Of a stretch of DNA of 64,000 nucleotides, positions 1 to 11,796 are shown one piece after another (positions within the stretch are counted from its first letter, which is position 1; each line of letters starts with the position of its first letter). The notes below the pieces were generated by a model that was not told the DNA's origin, ran no database searches, and was given only the letters and a program-made list of their open reading frames with translations. The position numbers and the translations under genes were made by a program. Location: positions 576,001 to 640,000 of the forward strand of contig CAXXDN010000002.1 of the NCBI GenBank assembly GCA_963667465.2. Reading direction: 5' to 3'. This DNA is from Dehalococcoidia bacterium. GTDB taxonomy: Bacteria > Chloroflexota > Dehalococcoidia > UBA2979.

Positions 1-96
1 CTCGTTGATATCGAGGATGCCGAGTTGCTCGGTGTCACGGATCACGCGGACCTGCGGTACCTGAATCTGCTCGTTGACCCGCAGCTCTTTCGCGAT
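1..96 (-). CDS. infC: Translation initiation factor IF-3, N-terminal part (runs off window); non-canonical ATC start
   Basis: Reverse strand reads IAKELRVNEQIQVPQVRVIRDTEQLGILDINE, typical of the IF3 N-terminus. SD-like GAGAGGTG lies 6 nt before ATC at 96-94. Downstream of thrS as usual. Confidence 0.9.
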   Translation of the reverse strand, partial: MAKELRVNEQIQVPQVRVIRDTEQLGILDINE

Positions 97-197
97 CGGA
101 GGCACCTCTCAGCTACATGCGGGCCCCGGCGGGGCGCGCGGGCGCTGATTCTAGCACTCCGCGCAACGCCTGTGGCCGCCGCTCGGCAGACCCGTCG

Positions 198-703
198 CTA
201 CTCCTCGGCCTCGGCGGGGGCGTATTCGATGAGCAACTGGCCCTGCTCCACGCTGTCGCGCGCGTTGACGTGCACGGCGGTCACCGTGCCCTCAAGCGGG
301 ATCAGCACCTCGTTCTGCATCTTCATCGCCTCGAGGACGAGCACCGTCGTCCCGGCCTCCAGCTCGTCGCCCGGCGCGACGCGCACCTCGACGACGACGC
401 CGGCGAGGGGCGAGGAGATCTCGCCGGGCGCGTCCTCCGCGCCGCCAACGACACCGCGGCCGCGGCCGCTACCCGTGACCTGCTGGATTTGGAAACGCCG
501 CGAGCCTACGGTCACGTCGAACGAGGCGCCGTCGCGCGCCACATAGGCGCGCCGGGTGACGCCTCCGATGCGGAACGCGACGAAGCCGGGCAGCTCCGCC
601 GCGTCCACGTCGATCGCGATCGGCTCCGCCTCGTCGATCGTGACGAGTGTCTCGGCGCCCCCGCCGGGGGCGCTGTCGAGCACGACCGTGCGTTCCTCGC
701 CGC

Positions 704-731
<28 letters not shown>
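198..731 (-). CDS. accB: Biotin carboxyl carrier protein (biotinyl domain)
   Basis: EAMKM biotinylation motif and SPLAGVV; directly follows biotin carboxylase. Confidence 0.85.
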
Positions 732-2284
<1,553 letters not shown>

Positions 2285-2339
2285 CGAGGCCGCGCGTCAG
2301 ATTGTCACGGCATGCGGCCGTCAGCAACCACGCGGCGCG

Positions 2340-4166
<1,827 letters not shown>

Positions 4167-4227
4167 CGCTCGCTCCTGCTCGCTGTCCATCGATCGTCGT
4201 GGCAGCGGCGGCGCGCGAGAAGCGGGA

Positions 4228-4470
4228 GACGCGAAACGGCGCGCCGCCGTCCGCTCAGGGACGGGAAGCGCGCCTCACGTGGTTCCACCCTGTTTCCCCC
4301 GGCCGCCGAGGCGGTCGAGGCTCATTGAGGCCGCTAACGGGGCCAGCCGCCACGGGTTCGCCCGTGGGCTCCGGGGGTGGTGCGCCCTCGCGTGCGGCGG
4401 CGGGGCTTCCAGCCGTGGCCCCGCTCTCTGTGCGCCGCGTCTCGCGACGGCGTGCGTCCCCATCGACGCT
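4228..4470 (-). promoter_or_regulatory. T-box riboswitch (Thr specifier) upstream of thrS
   Basis: Minus strand has stem I AGAGA and GCTG elements, specifier ACC (4381-4379) and T-box AACAGGGTGGAACCACG (~4294-4278), followed by a GC hairpin and GTTTC. Confidence 0.9.
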
Positions 4471-4573
4471 CGGTCTGGCGGCGTCCGCGGACGCCGGACC
4501 GCGATCCATGGTAGCAACCGGCGCGCCTGAGGGCAGCGGCAATCCTCGCCCGGTGCAGGAGGACCAGGCTACG

Positions 4574-4607
4574 CTGCTCGTTCCTGCTCGTTCCTGCTCG
4601 TTCCTGC
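4574..4607. repeat. 10-bp tandem repeat (CTGCTCGTTC) x3.4
   Basis: Seen directly, intergenic upstream of the T-box. Confidence 0.85.
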
Positions 4608-4650
4608 GAGCGCCCTGGCGGACCGCTCGGGCGTGCCCTGCGGTGGTTGG

Positions 4651-5259
4651 TCAGTAGAGCCGCTCGCGGTTGGCCTCGTCCTCGGAGGCGTCGATCGCGG
4701 TGGCGTTCGCGCCGCGGATCTGGTCGGCGAGGACCTGTCCGTAGGTGGGGTAGCAGGAGCGGTCGATCTGCGTCTCGGTGTCCCAGAGCCGCGAGCGGAT
4801 CAGGGAGCGGCCGCAGTGCAGGAACGCCTCCTCGACGGTGATGCGCAGGCCGGAGGGTGGCGCCTTGCGGCCGACGGAGAGTGGCGCGAGGAGCGCCGCG
4901 TCGGTGACGATCTCGGCCCTGCCGCTGACACGCAGGGTCTCGTTCATGCCCGGCGCGAGGAAGAGCAGCCCCACCTGCGGGTGGGCGAGCACGTTCTGGA
5001 GCGAGTCGAGCTGGTTGTTGCCGGGGCGGTCGGGGATGAGCAGGGTGTGCTCATCGAGCACCGCCACGAAGCCGGGCGGGTCGCCCCTGGGCGAGGTGTC
5101 CTGGCGTCCGTCGGCGCCGCGGGAGCTGATCACGCAGAAGGGCGAGAGCGCGATGAAATCGCGGGCGTGCCGGTCGATGTGGTCCAGCACCTTCTGTTGT
5201 GCCCGCGGTGCCGGCTCCCGGTAGGTCTCGCGCAGCTCGGTCTGGCTAGCGATGCCCAT
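4651..5259 (-). CDS. Pyridoxamine 5'-phosphate oxidase family FMN-binding protein (MSMEG_1061-like)
   Basis: SPRGDPPGFV, PDRPGNN, ETLRVSG, FLHCGRSLIRSRLW; real start MGIASQ at 5259 after GAGG. Confidence 0.88.
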   Translation of the reverse strand: MGIASQTELRETYREPAPRAQQKVLDHIDRHARDFIALSPFCVISSRGADGRQDTSPRGDPPGFVAVLDEHTLLIPDRPGNNQLDSLQNVLAHPQVGLLFLAPGMNETLRVSGRAEIVTDAALLAPLSVGRKAPPSGLRITVEEAFLHCGRSLIRSRLWDTETQIDRSCYPTYGQVLADQIRGANATAIDASEDEANRERLY

Positions 5260-5399
5260 GCGCGCACCTCCCCGGTGGCTCATTGGGGAGTATGGCACAC
5301 GCCGCAGGCGGACCGCGCCAGCGGATCGTGGGAGCCCTCGTTTCGCGGGCCGGGCGGCCGGCCCGCCGGCAGCGGCGCAGCGCGCCGGGCCGGGCCGGT

Positions 5400-6137
5400 T
5401 TACCCGGGGTCCTGCGGTTCGCGCGAGCGCGCAAGCTCGGCGCGCAACTCGCGCACCTCGTCGCGGAGCGAGGCGAGGGCGGCGGCTGCGGGGTCCTCGC
5501 GTCTCGCCAGCATCGAGGCGAAGTTGGCGGTGAGCGCGCCGAAGAGCCCGATGCCGCCGAGCATCAGCACGTAGGCGAAGGCGCGTCCGGGCGCCGTGAC
5601 TGGCACGATATCGCCGTAGCCGACCGTCGTAACGGTGGCGATCGACCACCAGAGGGCGTCGGGGAAGGAGTCGACGGGCGAGTCGTGGCCGCGTTCGAGC
5701 GAGGTCACGATAGTCGCGATCAGGAGCACGAGTCCGACGGCGTAGGCGCCGAGGAAGTCGACGTGGGCGAACCGCACCGGGCGGCGGTAGGCGCGCGAGC
5801 CGTAACGGGTGATCCAGAGTATCCTCAGCGGGCGTGCGACCGGGAGCAGCACGGCGAGGGCGTCGAGCCAGTGCTGCCGGAGGTAGCGCCCGCGCCGGGG
5901 AGCGATGGCCAGCCTGACAAGCAGTTCAGCGGCGAAGCCGGCCCAGATGGTGAGACTGCAGGAGAGCGCGAGGGCCTGCGAGGCGGGCCGCAGCTCCCAG
6001 AGCAGGGGCGCCGCGAGGAGCGGGATCAGCGCGAACGAGAGGATCATCAGCGGCAGTTCCGTGCCGCGCTCGATCCTGTCCAGCAGGGCCTCGCGGCGGG
6101 CGCTGCGTCCCGGCTCGGGTTCGCTGGGTCGGTGCAT
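5400..6137 (-). CDS. Potassium channel family protein
   Basis: TTVGYGD selectivity filter, DALWW pore helix, S4-like RPLRILW. Confidence 0.92.
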   Translation of the reverse strand: MHRPSEPEPGRSARREALLDRIERGTELPLMILSFALIPLLAAPLLWELRPASQALALSCSLTIWAGFAAELLVRLAIAPRRGRYLRQHWLDALAVLLPVARPLRILWITRYGSRAYRRPVRFAHVDFLGAYAVGLVLLIATIVTSLERGHDSPVDSFPDALWWSIATVTTVGYGDIVPVTAPGRAFAYVLMLGGIGLFGALTANFASMLARREDPAAAALASLRDEVRELRAELARSREPQDPG

Positions 6138-6214
6138 GGGGCATCTCCTTCCCGGTGGGTTCGTTCAGCCTATCGGACCGCAATCGTGGCGGATGAGCAG
6201 AGAGGTCCGGGGCG

Positions 6215-8656
6215 ATGCCGAGAGTGCTTGATGGACTGAGTTGGCTGGTCACGGTGCGGCCGCTCGCGACGCTGCTCGCGCTGCTGGTCGTCACGGTCGC
6301 GCTCGGTGCGGGTATCACGCGGCTGGCGCCGCAGGCCGACAACACCGTCTTCCTGCCGGAGGACAGCGACGTCACGCTCGCCTCGGAGACGATCGACGCG
6401 CTCTTCGGCCGCTCGCAGGAGACGGTCTCCGCGACGCTGCTCTTCCGCGGCGAGGCGCTCACGCCGGCAGGTCTCGCGCAGATCGACGAGGTCGTGACGT
6501 CCGCCGCGTCCGACCCGCGCGTGCAGGCGCTGCTCGCGCCGCAAGGCGCGGTCGTCTCGCCCACCTTGCTGTTCGCGCAGGCGCTGGGCACGGACGACTT
6601 CGCGGCGCTCGCGCAGGCGCAGATCGACGGAGCCGCGGCGCAGCTGCCGCTCGGGCGGCTGGTCGGCACGGACACCGACGGGACGACTGTGACGATCGCC
6701 GCGATCCGGCTGCGCGCGGACGGCGACGGCGACGGCGACACGGCCGACGACGAGGCCGGGCTCGCAGAGGCCGAGCTCGCGATCCGCGACATCGCCCGGG
6801 ACAGCGCGGGTCCGCTCACGGGCAGCAGCCTCTCTGCGGCCACCACGGCCGAAGAGACCGAGCGCGCCACCGGTACGGAGATGGCCGTGATCATGGTCAT
6901 CGCGCTGGCGGTGATCGGCGCGTTGCTGCTGCTCTTCACGCGCTCGCCGATCGACCTGCTGCTCTCGGTGCTGGGGCTCGTGCTCACGATCGTCTGGGTG
7001 CTCGGCGCCCAGGGCTGGCTCGGCCCGGAGGGGGCCGGCCTGATTGGCGCGCCCAACACGCTGACGACGATGGTGCCGGTGATGCTGATCGGGCTCGTCG
7101 TCGACTACGCGATCCAGACCGTCGGGCTCTACCGCGAGCGGCGCGGCGAGGGCCACGGCGCGCGCGCGGCGGCGCGGCTCGGGCTGCGTTCGGTGATCAT
7201 CCCGCTCTCGCTCGCCGCCGTGACCACGGTCGTCTCCTTCCTCACCAACCTCAGTTCGCCGATCCCGGCCAACGGCGACTTCGGGGTCGTCGCGGGCGTG
7301 GGCGTCATCGCCGGGCTGGTCGTGATGCTGGCGCTGCTCGCCTCGGCGCGCGCGCTGATCGACGGCCGCCGCGAGTCGCGCGGCGGGCTGCCGGAGGCGA
7401 AGCCGGTCTCCGGGGCGATCCCCGGAGTGGGCCGCGCCGTCGAAGCGCTTGGAGGGCAGCTCGCGCGCCGGCCCGCGCCCTTCCTGGTGGTGGTCGGCAT
7501 CGTCACGGTGCTGCTGGGCATCGCCTCCACGAATCTCGATACCGTCTTCGACTCTCGCGACTTCCTGCCCAGGGGGGGCGACGCGGTCCGCGACGTGGAG
7601 ACGCTCGACGCCGCCTTCGGTGGCTCGACCGACGTGGTCCAGGTGCTGATCGAGGCGGAGGCGACCGCCGGCCGCACGGTCCGCAACATCCTCGACTTCA
7701 GCTTCGCCTTCGACGACGACCTGCGCCGCCCCGAGGGGGTGGTCGGGGGCATCCAGTCCTCGCTCGGGACGTTGCTGCTCGACTGGATCACGGACGGCGG
7801 CCCGGACGACCCCGCCTACGACGCCGAGCTCGTGGCGATGACCGAAGCGGCGGACCAGTTCCGGCTTGACGCGCAGCAGGTGCAGGCGATCTACGAGCGT
7901 CTGGCGGCGCTCGACCCGGAGCGCTTCGCCCGGGTGGCGGTCGTCGACCCGGCGGGGGCCGACACGCTGCTCGTGCGCTTCGACGCGCTCACGCGCGACC
8001 AGGAGCGTGCGGGGCGCATGGTCGCCGACATCGAGGGGTTGTGGTTCGGGAGCGACGAGGAGATCACGGCCACCTCGAGCGAGATCATCGGGCTCGAGGT
8101 AGTGGACGCGATGACCTCCAGCCAGACGGCGGCGATCGCCACGACGGTGCTCGCCGCCTTCGCGATCCTCACGCTCTTCTTCTGGATCACCGACGGGCGC
8201 CCGGAGCTGGGCTTCATCGCGGTCGCGCCGATCGTGATGGTGCTCTTCTGCGTGCTCGGGACGATGGCGCTCGCGGGCATCCCCTACAACGTGATCACGG
8301 CGCTGATCACGGCGCTCTCGATCGGCATCGGTGTGGACTACACGATCCACATCATCCACCGCTACGAGGAGGAGTTTGAGCACTCGCATGACCCCGAGCA
8401 GGCGGCGCGCCGCACGCTCGGCACGACCGGCTCGGCGCTGCTCGGATCGGCGCTGACGACGGCGCTGGGCTTCGGGGTGCTGGTGTTCTCCTCGCTCACG
8501 CCCTTCCAGCAGTTCGGGATCGTGACCGCGATCACGATCGCCTACGCGCTGATCGCGGCGATCGTGGTGGTGCCGCCGGCGATGATCCTCTGGGGTGCCT
8601 ACCAGCACTACCGCCTGCGCAGCGCCGCCGAGCGCGCTGCCCAGCTCGACGCGTAG
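6215..8656 (+). CDS. MMPL/RND superfamily transporter
   Basis: Two repeats with IGLVVDYAI and IGIGVDYTIH; multiple TM helices. Confidence 0.9.
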   Translation: MPRVLDGLSWLVTVRPLATLLALLVVTVALGAGITRLAPQADNTVFLPEDSDVTLASETIDALFGRSQETVSATLLFRGEALTPAGLAQIDEVVTSAASDPRVQALLAPQGAVVSPTLLFAQALGTDDFAALAQAQIDGAAAQLPLGRLVGTDTDGTTVTIAAIRLRADGDGDGDTADDEAGLAEAELAIRDIARDSAGPLTGSSLSAATTAEETERATGTEMAVIMVIALAVIGALLLLFTRSPIDLLLSVLGLVLTIVWVLGAQGWLGPEGAGLIGAPNTLTTMVPVMLIGLVVDYAIQTVGLYRERRGEGHGARAAARLGLRSVIIPLSLAAVTTVVSFLTNLSSPIPANGDFGVVAGVGVIAGLVVMLALLASARALIDGRRESRGGLPEAKPVSGAIPGVGRAVEALGGQLARRPAPFLVVVGIVTVLLGIASTNLDTVFDSRDFLPRGGDAVRDVETLDAAFGGSTDVVQVLIEAEATAGRTVRNILDFSFAFDDDLRRPEGVVGGIQSSLGTLLLDWITDGGPDDPAYDAELVAMTEAADQFRLDAQQVQAIYERLAALDPERFARVAVVDPAGADTLLVRFDALTRDQERAGRMVADIEGLWFGSDEEITATSSEIIGLEVVDAMTSSQTAAIATTVLAAFAILTLFFWITDGRPELGFIAVAPIVMVLFCVLGTMALAGIPYNVITALITALSIGIGVDYTIHIIHRYEEEFEHSHDPEQAARRTLGTTGSALLGSALTTALGFGVLVFSSLTPFQQFGIVTAITIAYALIAAIVVVPPAMILWGAYQHYRLRSAAERAAQLDA

Positions 8657-8725
8657 CGGGCCGGCTGCGATGACACCTCAGGGATGACGGGGTCGCACGA
8701 TGCGTGATCGCAGGGGTGCGCAGCC

Positions 8726-9139
8726 ATGATCCCGCAGCCGGCACGACGTGGCGTGGCGCTCTACCTGGCCGCCACGGCGATCGCCGTGGCCCTGCTCCTG
8801 ATGCTGACGCCGATCTTCCACGATGGCTCGCCCGACTATCCCGCCTGGAAGGTGCTGAACTGGTTCATGGCCGCGGGCGTGGTTGTGATCATGGTTGCCG
8901 CCGTCAGCAGCTACCGCGCGTTCGGCGACGACGACCGCAACACGGTCGGCTACCTGCGCTCCCGGCTCGGGTCCTACGGAGCGGTGGTGCTGGCGATGCT
9001 GTTCTTCTGGGGCTGGTTGTGGACCCTTAACCCGGAGAGCGAGACGGGAGGGGCCGTGACCTCGCACCTCGTCTACTTCCCCGTCATGGACGCCCTCTAC
9101 GTCGTCCTCGCGCTCAGCACCGCGCGCCGCCTCTGGTGA
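8726..9139 (+). CDS. Hypothetical 4-TM membrane protein
   Basis: Four hydrophobic segments, good GC3 codon usage. Confidence 0.75.
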   Translation: MIPQPARRGVALYLAATAIAVALLLMLTPIFHDGSPDYPAWKVLNWFMAAGVVVIMVAAVSSYRAFGDDDRNTVGYLRSRLGSYGAVVLAMLFFWGWLWTLNPESETGGAVTSHLVYFPVMDALYVVLALSTARRLW

Positions 9140-9205
9140 GGCGTAGCGGACTCCAGCCCGCAATCGAGGAGGGCGCGAGCGCCCGAGGATCCAGAGTGCG
9201 CCGTC

Positions 9206-9233
9206 AGCCGCTACGAGGGAGCCGCTACGAGGG
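9206..9233. repeat. 14-bp tandem duplication AGCCGCTACGAGGG x2
   Basis: Seen directly, intergenic. Confidence 0.8.
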
Positions 9234-9295
9234 AGTCGAGTTCGTGGAGCAGTCGACCAGGCCCTTCGACTTCGCCCGGTGAGGGGCCAATCAGA

Positions 9296-10558
9296 GTGAG
9301 CGCAAGGAACCCCCGTGGCTGGGCGATCGCGGCGGTGCTTGCGCTCGCGGCCGTCGCGGCGCTGGGTCCTGCACCCCGCCTGGTGGCGGCGCAGGAGGGC
9401 GCGGACTCCGCCGGCGAGGCGCGCGTCGTCGCGCGGCTGCTCTCCGACGGCCGCCTCGAGGTCGCGCTGCAGGCCCGCACGGGCGCCGGAGGCTGGAGCG
9501 AGCGGATCGCGCCCGGCAGGCGCTTCCTGCCCGCCGCCACCGAGCCCGGCCGCTGGCTCTGGACGGCGCCGGAGCAGCTCGGCAACCTCGAGTGGCGCGT
9601 CAACGCCCGCAGGCTTTCCGGCGGCGGCTTCGAGGTCGCGCTGCAGGCGCGCACCGGCGCGTACGGCGCCTGGGGCGAGCGCCTGCTGCCGGAGCGCCGC
9701 TTCCTCCCCGCCAACCTCGAACCCGGACCCTGGCTTTTTTCGTCGCCTGTCGTACCCGGACCCAGGCTTGTTTCGGCGCCTGTCGAGCCCGTTCTTGTGC
9801 AACCCCAGATCGTCACCTTCTACGGACACCCCGACGTGCGGGCGATGGGCGTGCTCGGCCACGGCACACCCGCCGAGGTGGCGCTTGAGGTCGCCGCCTG
9901 GGCGGAGCGCTACGACGAGCTCAACGGCCCCCGCTCGGCCGTCGGGGCCTACCACCTGATCGTGGGCGTCGCCCAGACCTGGCCGACCCCCGAGGGCGAC
10001 TGGCTCGGCCATCTCGACCACGAGCGCATCGCCCGCTACGTCGAGGCCGCGCGCGAGCATGGCCTGCTGCTCTTCCTCGACACGCAGATCGGCTGGAGCG
10101 ACCCGCTGTCCGAGGTGCGACTGCTGGAGCCCTTCCTCAGGGAACCCTTCGTGCACGTTGCCATCGACCCGGAGTTCGCGACCGAGCACCGGGGCGTTGC
10201 ACCGGGGCTCGTCATCGGTTCGGTGAGCGCCACGCAGGTGAACGAGGTTCAGGCCTACCTCGCCGGGATCGTGCGCGAGGAGGGCCTGCCGCCCAAGATC
10301 CTGATGGTGCACCAGTTCACGGACTGGATGCTCACAGGACGCGAGGAGGTCGAGGACTATCCCAACGTCGAACTCTCGATCGACATGGACGGCTTCGGGC
10401 GCGCCCCCATCAAGGTCGACGGCTACGAGCGCTGGGCGCTGACCGCCCCCTCGGAGCGCCCCGCCTTCAAGCTGTTCTTCGATCTGGACACCCCGGTCAT
10501 GACTCCGCAGGAGGTGCAGGACCTCGATCACCCGCCCGATATCATCATCTACCAGTAG
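9296..10558 (+). CDS. Secreted protein: signal peptide, two tandem ARxLSxGxxEVALQ modules, C-terminal conserved domain of unknown function
   Basis: N-terminal hydrophobic signal ending AAQ; internal ~55-aa duplication; C-terminal VTFYG/DPEF/VHQFT/DGFG motifs. Confidence 0.8.
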   Translation: MSARNPRGWAIAAVLALAAVAALGPAPRLVAAQEGADSAGEARVVARLLSDGRLEVALQARTGAGGWSERIAPGRRFLPAATEPGRWLWTAPEQLGNLEWRVNARRLSGGGFEVALQARTGAYGAWGERLLPERRFLPANLEPGPWLFSSPVVPGPRLVSAPVEPVLVQPQIVTFYGHPDVRAMGVLGHGTPAEVALEVAAWAERYDELNGPRSAVGAYHLIVGVAQTWPTPEGDWLGHLDHERIARYVEAAREHGLLLFLDTQIGWSDPLSEVRLLEPFLREPFVHVAIDPEFATEHRGVAPGLVIGSVSATQVNEVQAYLAGIVREEGLPPKILMVHQFTDWMLTGREEVEDYPNVELSIDMDGFGRAPIKVDGYERWALTAPSERPAFKLFFDLDTPVMTPQEVQDLDHPPDIIIYQ

Positions 10559-10622
10559 GCGACCGTAGCGGCTCGACTCCCGGGTGAGTCTCCGCTTCCG
10601 TCCCGGAACCCTGCGCCGGCCC

Positions 10623-11384
10623 CTACTCGAACGTCGCGGCGTCCGCTCCGAGCCATTTGCGGATGAGCGCGTTGAGGGCGCCGTCGGCCTTCATCGAGTC
10701 GAGCGCCTCGTTGAACCTGCCCAGCAGGTCGCTGCCCGTGCGCACGCCGATGCCGAGGCCTTGGTCGAGCCGCAGCGACGGACCCACGGCATCGAGGCGC
10801 CCCGCGTGCTCGGCGAGCTTCGCGACCCCGTAGCCATGATCGACGAGCACGGCGTCGACATCCCCGTTCAGCACGGCGGTTGCGGCGTCGGCTCCTCCGT
10901 CGAGCGGCACGAAGGCGATGCCCTGCTCCGTCAGGTAGTCGGAGAAGATGGTGTTGGCCGCGACGCCGATCGCACCCTCGACCGCCTCGTCACCCGCACC
11001 TGCTCGCGCCAGGTACATGGAGGGTCGCGGCGGATAGTAGGGGCCCGCGAAGTCGATCAGCCCGTCACGCTCGGCAGTGATGCTCATACCGGCGATGATG
11101 ACGTCGAACTGCTCCGTGACGAGGTCGGGGATGAGCGTCTCCCAGTCGTGCAGGATCCACTCGCACTCCAGTGCGGCGCGCCGGCACAGCTCGTCGCCCA
11201 GCTCGCGCTCGAGGCCGTCGATCTCGCCCTCGTCGTTGATGAAGTCGAAGGGGTGATAGTCCCCCACGGTGGCGATCACGACCGGGTCGTTCCCGCCGCA
11301 GGACGCGAGCAGCGGCAGGAACGCTACGGCGATGAGCAGGGTGGCGAGCGGGCGCATCCGGCCTTTGATGAAGGTCTGCGACAT
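10623..11384 (-). CDS. Amino-acid ABC transporter substrate-binding lipoprotein (family 3), orphan
   Basis: Lipobox LLASC, YHPFDF, FDVIIAGMSITAER; start MSQTF after GGAGG. Confidence 0.88.
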   Translation of the reverse strand: MSQTFIKGRMRPLATLLIAVAFLPLLASCGGNDPVVIATVGDYHPFDFINDEGEIDGLERELGDELCRRAALECEWILHDWETLIPDLVTEQFDVIIAGMSITAERDGLIDFAGPYYPPRPSMYLARAGAGDEAVEGAIGVAANTIFSDYLTEQGIAFVPLDGGADAATAVLNGDVDAVLVDHGYGVAKLAEHAGRLDAVGPSLRLDQGLGIGVRTGSDLLGRFNEALDSMKADGALNALIRKWLGADAATFE

Positions 11385-11796
11385 CTCGTACCTCCGCAGT
11401 CTCGGCAGCAAATGGTAGCGTCCTCTGCGGCCCTGTCCAACCACAGCGCCACTCCGCAAGAGTCGGCGCCGCGCGCTTCACGGTCGGCGTGCAATCCGCG
11501 TGCAGATCCCTGCAGCCCGGCGAGCGCGTTCTGAGCACGGAGCGACTTGAGGCGATCGACGCGCTCACCCTCACCCTCACCCTCGCCGCACACCCGGCCC
11601 TCGCCGATGTCCGTCCCTGAGGCGAACCCGGTGCGCGGTGCGGGCCCAGTTTGATTCGGCGCGGGAGCGAAGGGGGTGACCGTACCGCTTGTCACTCACG
11701 AATGGCCACGTCTCCATGAGTTCGCCGTCCTTTGGGAAAGCGGTGATGTGACGACGCGGATGCTGCCACCGCCAAGCAGTTGACGTTCAAGCCACG

